From contig JAHLTZ010000026.1 in NCBI GenBank assembly GCA_025786725.1, forward strand, positions 124,001 through 188,000: a DNA stretch of 64,000 nucleotides, in the 5' to 3' direction. The DNA is from Syncephalis fuscata S228 (taxonomy: Eukaryota; Fungi; Zoopagomycota). The translations under genes were made by a program, and so were the position numbers. This document shows positions 48,739-62,354 of the stretch, piece after piece. The notes under the pieces are model-generated. The model saw only the letters and a program-made list of their open reading frames with translations, was not told the origin of the DNA and searched no databases. The stretch's first letter is position 1. Every line of letters starts with the position of its first letter.

Positions 48739-51700
48739 TCACTCCTCATCATCATTAACGAGCTCAGACCAGTCATCTGGTACTGACTCTCCTGCACTTA
48801 CAGGCGAGGTAATAGATAAAGAGCTAGCTTTGTTGGTAGCGTTATTACTATCGCTACTTTCTGAACTATTGTTAGCTAGATCAGCCACCATTACAAAGCC
48901 TTTACTTTCATCACTTGGCGAAAGTATGTTGTACCAATGGCGTCTTTGTGTGTCGTTGATATCTTTGGTGGAAGTAACTTCTTTGCTTGGGCTGTTGTTG
49001 ATTTGTTGCTATTGCTACTGCTACTGCTGATTTCCTCAGACCAAGCATCAGGAGAACTACGCGCTCCTGAAATAGTAAAACGGGGTGCTTGTGCATAGCA
49101 GTTTTCATCATCGTTTTTACAGATGTAGATGCGGAGTCATTAGTATTACTATTCTTTGATATATTAGAAATAGTGGTCGTGGACTAGGACGATTACCATT
49201 CGTTGGTATCGTGTTTGACAACTGGGAGAAGCGGTAGTATTTAAGCGATAACACTTCAAATGAACCATTGCTAATTATGCTAGGCCGCGCAGCAGCTGTT
49301 GGCAATATCGATAAGCATTTGTTTAAGTTACAATTTTATCGTATATCACTTACCAGAAGGCAGAGGTCGAGGTCGTAGCAGACCAGCCGGCCATAAAATA
49401 TCTCCAGTATCGCTTAGTGCAACTAAGCAAACATCTCCAGCTGTACCAGCTACAACCAGGCTCGCTTTAATGTGGTGCGAATATTCGTCCATTGTGTCTC
49501 CATAAGCTTTAGTTCAATTTCAGGCACGACTGCTACATCTTCGTCGGTCAGCCTACAATAAATCAATCAATATTTGTTATTTAATTCAGCTTAGTTATTA
49601 CCATTGAAATTCAAAAGGTACTTCGTTATTGAACGCTTTTTGCACCTGCGGCATCAGCTCTGCCTCGGTCAATCCAAATTTAAGATAGCGAATCAGTAGC
49701 GCATTGATCATAGAATGTCGCTGTTCATTGTCTCCCTCACTATCGTTACACAAATACCATTAGTAATTAACAAATTATCGTTTATAATCAAAGCATTACC
49801 TTTGATTTATAGACGGACTGGGAAAATAGCCACCGGCCACTTGCGATAATAGCGGTGTGGGCGTCAGTGAAAGTCGAGTCCGTCTCACCACAACAGATCT
49901 CTTAGGCTCGGGATCAATCGAAGTGGTTTCCATTTTGTAATGCTGGCATAGCATATGAACGGCTCGTCGATGATTTGACTTCATCGTTGGTAGGTAAAGT
50001 GCTGAAGATATTGGCTTTTTGGAGTCGAGATAATCAACCAGATCCAATTCTAGCTTGCGAATAAAAGCCATATTTCCTTGAGCAAATATTATTAGATCGG
50101 ATTCGTAGTCATGAGTCATATTAAAGGCTATACGACTGAACTGTTCAATACGAAGTGCATCGGCCAATTTTTGATTTCTAATTAAACGAGCACATTCATC
50201 GTCACAATCAAGTGTAATGCCAATTGGGTTTGTTCCTTTTGCCATACACGCGCGCATTTCCTTTTGGCGGCCACACGGACAGGTAACTGGATTGGTTCCT
50301 GGCAAGCTATCCGGCTAATTGGACATACACTTGGGGCATGACAACGAATACGACATGGATGTCCACAATCTGAACGACGTTTACCGCACTGCTGGCTACA
50401 TACGGCATCGCAAGATCCTTCATGGCACAACTGCTGACATAAATGACCGCCACAATTCAACATTTTCTTACAAACTTGCCCACATGATATATTGGCGGCG
50501 GTGCGGTGACACGGTACATTACGCACTATGTCCCGGCCACATCGGCACTGTCGAGTCACAAGATGAACGCAGGGAGGACACGCCACATCATCTGGGTGGC
50601 ATTCGTGCGGTATCATTGGATGTGGACATTCGGAGGATCTTGTACAGGGATACGGACATTTTGGTAGTGTAACGCCGCAAGCAATCGGTGGCTCGAGTCG
50701 AGTACGTCCGCAGGGACAAGCTATTTCATCGAATGTTGCCTCTGCACGTGTGTACAATTAGTATATTTTCTATTAAATCATTTTCATGTCTTTCATACTA
50801 ATAAATTACCTAAACAAGGATAGCAGTGGCCCCGATGACATAATTGTTCGCACTTATGCACACCGCATCTTAAGCGTTTGCTGCAGACCAAATGGCAAAG
50901 ATGAACATCAGGATTGTCAGTATCTGTACAGCATCGTAGATTGCATCTATGTTTGCCACATTCCTTTAGCTTGTTACATATACGATCACACCGTGGCTGT
51001 GTGGAAGCTACTTGTTGTTCATGACATGGTAGGCTTATTTGCGATCCACCACAAGCACATGAGACTGGTATTATTTTTTGGCAAGGTGGACAAGTTCCTG
51101 TATGGCATTGTTGTTGGCATAAATGTCCACATTGCAACATACGCCCACAAGCTTGATTGCAAGTTGGAATAGGATCTGTACAGGTAGTACGCTGTTGCTC
51201 TTTATCCATTAGTAAAGCCAAAGACTGTTTCCCGCATGGACAGCTTTTAATAAGATCGGGAGAAAATGGACATTTGGTTGAGGATGCCGTTTGAACATGA
51301 CAGTTTTGTTCACATTGATGTTTACCGCAATCAAACCATCTAATGAAATAATAACACATTAATACGTATTGTTTAATATCATACTAATTAAACTTACCGC
51401 TGGCAAATTCTATCACAAGCGTAATATCCCGTAAACAATTCGTATGGCTCAACTGTCTCTCTTGTTTCTTGAGCTTGCCAGTACCACAGGCTGCCTCACG
51501 ATTACTGCGACCACAATAGCACGTTGATGGTCTTTTTCGCCACATGGTGCACACAGTCCCGAATGACATTCCCGCTGGCATGAATGCTGGCCACATCCAA
51601 GTAATTCACCACAAATTGCCCCACAGGATATGCCTTCGGGTCGATAGTCAGTACAACGCACCTGATAGCTTTCTTTACCACAATGGCAGTAAGTGGTGGG

Positions 51701-52635
51701 GGCCATAGCTGCACATGGAGGACATGGGCCCGGATGACATGGTAAACTGCACGGATGCTGACATCCCGGATTACCATTATTTCTCGCATTATTAGCATCA
51801 TTCGTATTAAACGTTGCTCTCCTTTTCAGTTGGCCACACGGTTCGCCACACTGTGTGGAGTGTAAGCGCGTGAATATTCAGGATCGACCCGTTTATCACA
51901 GAAGCATCGATAGCTACTAGGCTTGGTTTCTTGCGGCTGCTGACAGCCAGGACAGCGCCATGTAGTGGCATTTTCCTGCTGTAATAAATTATTGGCCCAT
52001 TTGCGAACACATTTGAGATGGAAAACGGCCCAGCATCGGTCACAGGACCAAACAGGCTGCCGGCGATAAACAGTTTCACAGCAAACCATACACTCGTGGG
52101 TATCGTTGCCAAGAGTGCGAATCAGTGTCCCACGAATATCCTCATCTTCCGGTGCTGTAGATCGGTTTTGACGTGCTTGTGCACGGCGTGCTCGTGGACG
52201 ACGCTGACGATCCCTTTGTGGGTTTTGCGTACTATTGCCATTGTTGTTAGGACTAGAAGTAGCAGTGTCGTTGCCACTATTGTCCACACTAGAATCACCT
52301 AATATGCGGACATGTCGAACAAGTGCTTCAGTGGTAGACGCTTCTCTCCACGTCCTCTACCTCTGCCTCTGTTTCTAGTACGATTTTGGCGATTGTTGAT
52401 AGAAGGATTTACTGTTTGTTCAGTAGTATTTGAATTAATTAATTCATTGTTTTCGCTATTAGATGTATTATTATTATTATTATATTATCATTATTATTGT
52501 TGGACTGTTGTTGTGCTTGTGGTCTTGCACGACGGTTATTGTTACGCCCACGGCCACGGCCACGACCACGACCACGACCACGTTCAGCAGTATTACTATC
52601 AGCAGAAGCTGTGGCAGGCGTGCTATCGTTGTCAT
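48739..52635 (-). CDS. NFX1: NF-X1/FAP1-type zinc-finger protein (RING, NF-X1 repeats, R3H); several apparent frameshifts
   Basis: ECMVCCETV..RQPVWSCDRCWAVFHLKCVRKWA...WRCPGCQ; multiple CGxHxCxxxCHxGxCxPC repeats; R3H motif MKSNHRRAVHMLCQHY...DPEPKRSVVV; RG-rich N-terminus. Confidence 0.9.
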
Positions 52636-54129
52636 TGTAAAATTCAAGTAATGAGATCCCCTTTCAAATAGCAATATAATAAATTTAATGATGCTTTTGA
52701 TAGATACTAAAGTCCAGCGCGTCTCTTGTTCAATAATTGCTCAAAAAAAATAAAAGGAATAATTCAATTGTAAACGATAATACAAATTTTTGATAAAAAT
52801 AGAACACAGTTAATGCAAGGTGGCAGCTGACTATAATGTGATACGCAAATACAAAATCTATTCAGCAGCAAACTAGAAATAGGATATAAAAAGATAATTG
52901 TCAATGCAGTAGCTGAATAATGAAGCAGAAAGCGAACGTTGAAAGCTGTCGTTTTTATTGCCGTCGGACATTAATTCATGAGTCAGCATGCCGCACACAT
53001 ACCCATCGATAGCTGATAATGTGTAATTATTTGTCGGTAAAATCTCGAATTTTCCCGATGTTTTAGAAACTACTGCACATGCATTGTTCGACATATCGTG
53101 CGATAGATACGACTAAGTCGCGAATTACATACTGTAAAAAGTAATTTGAAGCTATACCAGCTGTATGGATGATGGTGTTTTTTATCTTTAACTTAACAAG
53201 CTTTATTGTTTTTATTTATTCGATAAAACGGCTTATTGTTTTAAGCAACGTAAATTTATAAAAATGTGCTAAAGTATATTATTATGTAGTAAATTTATAT
53301 ATTTATAAATATTTAATATGCATAGTGATAGCATTGAATTGCTAGAAATTGATTAGCTTCTTTTTGGTAGCAAAATCACTTTTATATTTCACTTAATCCA
53401 CCCAACAAATCGGTATATCATAGAACATAGTAGAAGTTAAATAACGCATAATAAAAATATTTTATTTTATTATTTCACTTCATTTATTAATAAATTAAAC
53501 TCGGCTGTTTATAAATATTGACTGACAGGCTCACATCTCACAATCTACGTCATCGCATTTCCCTTTCTCTTTCTTTACACTTGATAGCATATATCCATAG
53601 CATATACTTGTACACTCCATATATGTAACTAGATAGTGTTAGTAGTTAACTGACTACTAGTTAGGTGCACACACTATTTACACATGTCCTTGCGTTGCTC
53701 TTTTGTAATCTGCTCTTTTTACAAATCATTTTCTTTGATCATTGGTGTTGGTACCTTCATTTATATGATAAGTACATTCCCGGCTTATTTTTATTTTATG
53801 TCGAGCATCTGCTGCGAGGATACCGTGGTATGTTCTATTTTATTATGGACCGCAATGGCAGATCACTTAGCAACAGCTTTGCTATTTCAACAATACAGCA
53901 GTGCACTTTACTACTGTTGTTACTACTGTATGTATACGGCAGCCAGTACGATGATGTGTTGGCGATCTATAGCAAATCAAAGTATACATCAGTTTTGGCA
54001 ATATATAGACTGTATACTGTGCTAAGAATTATAACAACTAAAAAAGACTTTTGACTGCATACGGCTTATATGCTAGTATATGTGTTAATATATAATCATA
54101 ATAAGTAATAAGTATTATTAAATAGATAA

Positions 54130-54692
54130 ACGATAGTAATAAATAAATGCTAATCCATATTATTATTGCTGTTGTAAAGTACTAAAGCATTATAATTTGA
54201 TTATTTAATATCACTTACTATCCACTATCATGTCAATAGAAAGAAGGTTATTAAATTCAGTCATCTTAACCACAAATCATACTGAATAATTAGTAATTTA
54301 ATTAAATGTATAATAATGTTAAATGACATACAATATTTATATAATAATGCAGTTTATTTAACTTAATTAACGTATTAAAATTAAAAGTTAAAAATGAAAT
54401 GGTACATAGCATGTATATATTAGTGCAACAACAACAATTGCAAAACGATATGGAACCATGATTATATGGCTTCTATTAATATTCGATCAATCTTTCTACA
54501 CATAGCCAACAACAATAATAGTTAGCCTTAAATGTTTCAATAAAATCGAATAGTATACTACATTATGTATTTAAATCAATTTATTAACAGCATTTTAATA
54601 GAAAGTAATACAGTTATGTTGCGTATAACAATGGTATAACTCTGATTGGAACGAATTTTGCTTTGAAGACTCAAACTGTGAGAGTCAAAATA
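54130..54692 (+). repeat. Diverged third copy of the AT-rich repeat family, in the same orientation as the 61-62 kb copy
   Basis: 54141 aaataaatgctaatccatattatt..tgtaaagta matches ~61235; 54464-54692 (atatggcttctattaatattc..atctttctacacat...agttatgttgcgtata...gagtcaaaata) matches ~61857-62087. Confidence 0.75.
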
Positions 54693-54965
54693 TAATTTAA
54701 TCATAAAATATTACTATTTTACTCAATTGCCCGATAATAGCATTGGTAACTTGTCGTAATAAATATATAATTCATTTGCAAACATATTATAATCAGTATT
54801 AAAACTATCATTATTATACAGTCAGCATGATAAAAAGTCGTTACCCTAAAACGTATTCATCGATAAATAAAGAAAATAAATTCATAGATTTATTGAAAAT
54901 CAAACGAAATAGAAGTAGTGGGGATATGTGCAAATAGAATCAGCCTATGGATAATGAATAGATGG

Positions 54966-55431
54966 TTACGCCTCCTTTTTGTTATTATTAACAACAATGG
55001 GCACTATTAAGGGGATTAGTAAATGCTAATATTATTCACGATATCAATCGACTCTTACCAATAATCACAATAAGTAGAATGATAACAATAGCACAAATAA
55101 TAAGTCGTAGTTTCATGTCCTTCCACCACATACGACGCTCCACTTGCTTGGCTCCTTTCTTAAATTGACCTGCCGCTTCATTCAAGTGTTCTAGCGGTGT
55201 TTATTTCGGACACCATGCAACAATACACTATTAGTGGTGCATCTAGAGAACAAGGAATCGGCCATACTTACCCGCCTTTTGTTCAATATCTGCCAAGACT
55301 TCTCCTCGATTGACGGCTAAATCGATATTTTCCTTCATGATCCCCTTGAGCTCATCAGCCTGATTCTGCAAATGTTTAACTTTGGAATCGGGCTGAGCAG
55401 CCTGAGGCGGACGTGTGGTGGCGTAGGACAT
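54966..55431 (-). CDS. SNC1: Synaptobrevin/VAMP R-SNARE (Snc1-like), 3 exons
   Basis: KVKHLQNQADELKGIMKENIDLAVNRGEVLADIEQKA|EHLNEAAGQFKKGAKQVERRMWWKDMKLRLIICAIVIILLIVII|VPIVV. Confidence 0.9.
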
Positions 55432-56788
55432 GTTGGCGGCCGTTAGTAGAAGATAGCAAGCAGCGCTAAATGAAATATACTAGTATTGGCTGGCTATGGT
55501 GTTAGTGGAGAGTGGCGATGAAAAACGGAAGCTGAAGCACAAATAGGTACACGTCAAAGACACAAGCTGTGCGCAGAATGCAGTAAGGAGAAAAAAGATG
55601 GAAAGCAATACTTACTATTGCTTAGTACTGATATGCACAAATAGTAGTATGAACAAAGCTTAAAGTCACGCGGCCTGTAGAACAAGCCAAGAAAACGAGT
55701 ATGCAAGAAACTGAATTGAACAGATTCGGCTGGAAAGATATGCTAGAAAGAGATCAACGAAAGAAGTGTACTTGCGTGATGGCCAGGATGACTCATCAGG
55801 TGATGCCAACTTATGTCTGATTTCGAAAGGCCATGCCAAGCTTTTTCATTTACCATTACAAAAGATTCTAAAATAGCAATAAACATTTAGCCAACTAAAA
55901 CTACTTTATATACACTAACTTTATCCTTTGTTCTTTAACAATTTTATTTAATAAAAATGGCGGTAAACATCCGCTTAAACAGAAAAATCAATATTTTAAA
56001 TAGCTATCTTAATGATTATTGTTATTGTTACGCTAATAAACGCGGATTGTATCATTTTATATTTAACATCGTTTTTAAAAGCCTGTGAATTTTATTATTC
56101 TATATTATACCAAAACGCTTTATTTATATATACTCCAATACAATTTACTCAATGCACTCATTGCGTTATATGCATTATAACTTCGGTACTAATATCTACG
56201 TTTTCCATTTTATATTTACTCTACTATATACTACTTTATGCTTATTTGACCTTACTCTATTCAAGATTGTTGCTTTTTGCTTTTAGATTAATTACTAATT
56301 AGTTTTAGCTTATTTTGGCCAGTTTACTCGCCAAACAATATACACTATATTTTCAACACCGTTATTACTGTTTTTTTGTCATTACATATTCATATCGTAA
56401 TATATTATTCTATACTTACTGTATCTTGTTTACTCAGTAATTTTATATGCTTAACCTTAGATTATTAGTTATAAATTTTGTCTTATTTTACTCATTGAGC
56501 TATACGTACTGATAAAATAAAAAATATGTGCATTGTGAGCTTAATGATTTATTAAAACATATATTAAATTTGTTGTTTGTAAGTAATTATTATTGAGCTG
56601 TTTAACGCCAGTTGGTTGTGGATTTAATACTATCCGGGTTAATGAATATTTATCCATAATATAAGAATGCGATTATATTTGTTAATACATATAATTAATG
56701 TAGGTACAATAATATACTACTATTATTGGCACTGTTATATACAACAAACATAGCTATAATATTTTAATTTGACTACTTTAAAATCCAC

Positions 56789-57665
56789 GAGGCCGATCAT
56801 TATTGTTGTTGACCATGTGTAGAAAGATTGATTGAATATTAATAGAAGCCATATGATTGCGATCCCATATCGTTCCGTATTAATTGTTGTTACATCTATC
56901 TACAACATGGATTATTGCATCTGAATGGTCTTTTCTATTTCTAATATTCTACTATTGCATTTTGGGCATATTTGTGATGTAAGATCAAGATTAATATAAT
57001 TATTATAAAAGTCGTTTGTTAAACAGCCACTTTTTTTATAGTCGGTCTGACTAAATAAATGACATTTTGAACAATTAATAGCATAATGACAATATATATA
57101 TATTAAAGCAATAATAAAGATAGCTAATTAACTACATTGTTGTATTGATAATTACACATGAATTAATTAATGTTGGATGCAGTATTATACATGTTATAAT
57201 GATGAATGGGTGTTTAATTGCATTTAAGTGTTGAGGGGTGAAATAGGTAAATAAAAATATAGGAGTCAAAGTAAAATAGTTTACTAATATTAAATAATAT
57301 ATTAGTAGACTTATGTGATTCGGTGTCAAAAGACCAAAATTGATATTCTTTACTTGATTAAACTACATATTTGTTATTCTACCAAACATGGAACTGGATG
57401 GTGAGTTGTAGTAAATATCAAAATTACAATGCTTTGAATACTTTACAGCAACAATAATATGGATTAGCATTTATTTATTATATTGTATTATAAGCGACAT
57501 GAAAATACTACAACATTTATCAACACTAATATCAAATATTGAAAATAGTGCAGAGTAACCAAGACTTTGATTGATTCAATTGGAGTTGATGTGGCACTAC
57601 AACAAATAACATTTCTCAGTATTAAAAACTGATCGACGGTTTATTTGAGTTATGGATCTTTTTAT
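56789..57665 (-). repeat. Left arm of an 877-bp near-perfect inverted repeat
   Basis: Reverse complement of 61046-61922. Coordinate sums are constant at 118711 at every point checked, so there are no net indels. Both arms carry an identical spurious 65-aa ORF. Confidence 0.95.
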
Positions 57666-57921
57666 CCTTCAGTTTGAAGCTAAGGGCACAAAGTAAAGTA
57701 GCACCATATAAGGTCATAGACGACAACAGCAACCTATCGTAGATATGTGTCTACAACGTTCACACAGAACAGATCAGAGAATAAATGATATACCATGAAT
57801 CATGGAAAAAGCTAAAACATGCATACGAAAAGCTTACACGATAGCGAAAAAACAATTGTTAAGTAATAAGAAGGATAAGAGCGTTGATTCATGCTATATG
57901 GCTGCGATATGATGATAACAA

Positions 57922-60217
57922 TTAGATACGCCCAATAATGAGTGCATCTACGAAATCGCCCTTGCTAAGAGATCGTGCTTGTTCGCTTGCTAACGGTAGC
58001 TGCAGTAAAGCATTTGCTCCACGTACGCTTGCCATACGACTGCTGCGCTGATCGCCGGTACTTGTGGCAACAAAGCCGGTGCCATCTTCAGTCACTCGTA
58101 CAAGTGCACGATGATATTCAGGTCTTGAATCGAGTTGCACGTCATGTGTCAGTTTTACACGCATCATCGTGTGACCTGGATTGTTAAGCCCGCCCATGCG
58201 ACGAAGTGCTGGTACTGCAAATAGATGGAATGTAACCAGCGCTGATCCTGGATTGCCTGGCAGTGCAAAGACCAGTTTAGTAGCGTCGGAAGGTGTACGT
58301 CCAGGCACGGTAGCAAAAGTTGTGGGCTTGCCTGGCTTCATCAATACGCGGCCAAAGTGGATGGTTGCACGTAAACGGGTCTCCAAGATTGACTTAAGAA
58401 TATCGGCCTCGCCCATAGATACACCACCCGTAGTAATGAGTACATCGACACGCTCCAAGGCACTACGTAATCCAGCCTCAATATGGTCAGGATGATCGGG
58501 AATAACGCCAAGGTCGACGCTTTCAAATCCAGCGGCACGGACAGCAGCCAGAAGCGATGGTCTATTTGCATCACGGATTTGTCCCATATGAAGTGGGCCA
58601 CCTGCACCAACGTCTACAACCTCATTACCAGTTGACATAACACCAACGACTGGGCGACGATAAACAGCCAGTTGACCAACACCGCTAGCTGCCAGTAAAC
58701 TAACTTCACCGCCAACTTCAGTAATGGTATCGCCGGTATGTAAAATAATTTCGTTACTCTGGACATCAGAACCAATTTCACGAACATTTTCACCTGGCTG
58801 GACAGTGCGTGACAATTCAACGAGTTCTTCTCCTTGATTATCACTTGATGCTTTAATAAGCTTTGAGTGTTCTATTGGAACGACTGCATTAGCTCCTTCA
58901 GGTAAAGGTCCGCCCGTAGCAATACGGGCAATATATCCACTAGGTAATGATAATGGCTCTGTTCCTGCTAGTGCTACGTACTCGAAGACTGGGAAAGTAC
59001 CAGCTCCATCAGTTGCTAAATAAATAGCATAATATATTAGTAAAAAGTATATTCATGTATATGTTTTTAATTAACCTACCATTAATCGCGTAACCATCCA
59101 TGGTCGATGCGCGATAGGCAGGTACTGCTTCGCGTGCATGGATGTCTTCAGCGACTACTGCGCCAGCAATGTTGGTACTTAGTGCAACATTAATAGGAGG
59201 CAGGCGTTTAGCATACTCATGAACAAGTGCTAATGCATCGCCTACTGGTGTTAATGGATAGGGTGAAACACGTAGACGATTGACTATATATATATATATA
59301 TATGGAATAAATTAATTACACTGCTGTGTATATTATCGTATCGTTTACATACCTGGCGAAGTAAGTGTGCGTGCATTTTGATTCAATTGTGGAATTGGAC
59401 TGACTGAGCGTGGAAGTGTGCCTGCGACATTGGCTTGCGACGTACGAGGTAGCGCGCCAATGACTGTATGCGAAGGAATACGAAGTGAGCCATAGGCAGC
59501 TGCCGAAGTAGGCGAAAGCGCAGCTGGCGATGAACCTGGACCGGCTGGCATAGCAGGATTATGCATCGAATCGTGCGCTGCCCGTGAACTTGTCGTACCG
59601 CGTGCCAGTTCAAGTGCATGCGGTAAAATAGGAAGCAAAGCAGATAGATTTTCTAGCGCACCTTTTGGCGAACCTGGTAGTGTGATAATAACAGTATTGC
59701 CACGAATGCCACAAATGGGGCGTGAAAGTGCGGCAAATGGTGTTACTTGCAAGCCTGACGTCAGCATGGACATCATTAGACCCGAGGCAACTTTTGTTAA
59801 AAGTGGTTGAATAGCCTAACGTAATTATTGCTATTAGTATTAATATTACCATGCCATTTTATCGTATTATGTGTATTTCTCACCTCAGGTGTTACGTCAC
59901 GCTGGCCAAAGCCAGTACCACCATTGGTAAGTACTAAATCCAACTTTCTATGGCCTGTCCATAGTTTAATAGTGCCTTGAATTTGATCGGCATCGTCGGG
60001 AACACACGAGCGAGCTGTAATAAGCCAGTTGTTGACCTCGTCGTTATTTTCGGTCAGCAATGCTGCAACAGCCGGCCCGGTCTCATCGACAGCTTGCTGT
60101 GCAAAAACACTATCGCTCACTATAGTTATTCAGACATTATTAGCTACTATGCCCACCCGTTCATGTTAGGTGCAACTTACCCGTCAATAGACCGACGTGA
60201 TATCTTGCTTGAGGCAT
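57922..60217 (-). CDS. cnxE: Gephyrin/CnxE molybdenum-cofactor biosynthesis protein (MogA G-domain plus MoeA E-domain)
   Basis: GLLTVSD...DETGP...LTNGGTGFGQRDVTPE...TLPGSPKGALE (MogA); VPAYRASTMDGYA, RIATGGPLPEGANAV, GENVREIGSD, STGNEV, ITTGGVSMGEAD, MKPGKP, LPGNP, STGDQRSSR (MoeA). Confidence 0.95.
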
Positions 60218-61045
60218 TATATATTCACTAGTGGTATACTTTTACAGACTAAATATAGAAGGAATGCGCGTGAGTGGAAAGTGAGACATAACATTGTGAG
60301 CCGCTGCTGTTGGGGTGGCTTATATGGCCAGCTCTTGCGCTAGCCAAGGGCGGCGTGGAAGATACCGGGTTGGTCACCGTGCAGCAACCAATAGCCACAC
60401 CAATTACTATATCTTCTATTTTTTACCCACCTTAAGGTCAATACAGATGATGAAAAGAAGTTGTATACGGCTGTTGCAGTAAAAGCACTCAAGGCAAAGG
60501 CAAAAGGTGACGAAAGCGGGAAAGGCGAAAGAGATAGATAGACGGATAGACAAATAGAGAGTGAGAGAGTGAGAATTAAAGAAATATACTATGAGCGTTA
60601 AAGACCCAGCGTTGCAATAATCGATAAACTTTCAACTAATTATATAAAAGAATGATCCTATTAGGTGGAGTAGTAATTGCAATAGGTATACAATTCGATA
60701 TAAAAAAGGTAAACTGAAAGGCGACGAGGCGTAATGGAAACGACGAACTTTTGACTTCACGCGCTCTTTCACGCACTCGCTCAGTGCGCATTAATATACA
60801 AGCATAGAGACGCATAAAGGCTCACGCGTACATACACACACACACACACATACATACACGCATCTATACGCGTGGACAATATTTATCATGTGGTTGTAAA
60901 AATGACTACTATATTTGGCAATGCTCTAATGAAACTGCGAACATGCAGGCACTAATGCTTTTTAAAATCATGTGGCCATCGTATCACATTATTGTTTATT
61001 AACCGGGAGCTATTGTACTTTGACGCCCTATCCTTCAGTTTAAGA

Positions 61046-61922
61046 ATAAAAAGATCCATAGCTCAAATAAACCGTCGATCAGTTTTTAATACTGAGAAAT
61101 GTTATTTGTTGTAGTGCCACATCAACTCCAATTGAATCAATCAAAGTCTTGGTTACTCTGCACTATTTTCAATATTTGATATTAGTGTTGATAAATGTTG
61201 TAGTATTTTCATGTCGCTTATAATACAATATAATAAATAAATGCTAATCCATATTATTGTTGCTGTAAAGTATTCAAAGCATTGTAATTTTGATATTTAC
61301 TACAACTCACCATCCAGTTCCATGTTTGGTAGAATAACAAATATGTAGTTTAATCAAGTAAAGAATATCAATTTTGGTCTTTTGACACCGAATCACATAA
61401 GTCTACTAATATATTATTTAATATTAGTAAACTATTTTACTTTGACTCCTATATTTTTATTTACCTATTTCACCCCTCAACACTTAAATGCAATTAAACA
61501 CCCATTCATCATTATAACATGTATAATACTGCATCCAACATTAATTAATTCATGTGTAATTATCAATACAACAATGTAGTTAATTAGCTATCTTTATTAT
61601 TGCTTTAATATATATATATTGTCATTATGCTATTAATTGTTCAAAATGTCATTTATTTAGTCAGACCGACTATAAAAAAAGTGGCTGTTTAACAAACGAC
61701 TTTTATAATAATTATATTAATCTTGATCTTACATCACAAATATGCCCAAAATGCAATAGTAGAATATTAGAAATAGAAAAGACCATTCAGATGCAATAAT
61801 CCATGTTGTAGATAGATGTAACAACAATTAATACGGAACGATATGGGATCGCAATCATATGGCTTCTATTAATATTCAATCAATCTTTCTACACATGGTC
61901 AACAACAACAATGATAGGCCTC
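61046..61922 (+). repeat. Right arm of the 877-bp inverted repeat; similarity to the 54.1-54.7 kb copy continues to ~62087
   Basis: Reverse complement of 56789-57665; the few mismatches seen lie near the ends. Confidence 0.95.
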
Positions 61923-62354
61923 AAATGTTATAAAGAAATCAAACAGTATGCTATATTGTTTATTTAAAGCAGTTTATTAATGGCACTTTAATAAAAATCA
62001 ATATAGTTATGTTGCGTATAATAGCGACATGACTTCAATTTAAACGAATTTTTTGCTTTAGGGGCGCAAAACTCGGGAGTCAAAATAAAGTTCAACCCAG
62101 TTTTCAATAAGTGTTAAACATTCATTGCTTTTAGCATGATTATACATTAATCATCATTTTATAACTAAATATCAATAATAAACTCTTGTTTATATGGCTG
62201 TTAGTATAATAATAATAATTTTATTATTGGTGCTTTTACTATTGCTGTAAAGTACGTAAGTTAATAGTGACACATAACAAATAAAGAATATGAGTAGTCC
62301 TGCAACTTATATTCTTTGATATAGGCTATTTAACTAAAGAATTAATTATAAAGT

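Noticed and set aside
52873-53094. 73-aa ORF upstream of NFX1
   Set aside because: Short, with no recognisable homology or splice context.
53665-54054. Overlapping hydrophobic 129-aa and 113-aa ORFs
   Set aside because: No recognisable motif, and composition is explainable by T-rich sequence. I cannot support a gene without expression data.
56012-56302. 96-aa hydrophobic ORF
   Set aside because: Very AT-rich intergenic sequence giving I/L/Y/F-biased translation; likely spurious.
57132-57329. Identical 65-aa ORFs at 57132-57329 (-) and 61382-61579 (+)
   Set aside because: They are by-products of the inverted repeat: TTG start, AT-driven Ile/Leu/Phe composition and no domain.
57975-58844. 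Antisense and alternative-frame ORFs overlapping cnxE (likewise within NFX1, subtilisin, SEC8 and the kinase gene)
   Set aside because: These are shadow ORFs of GC-richer coding sequence with no independent evidence.
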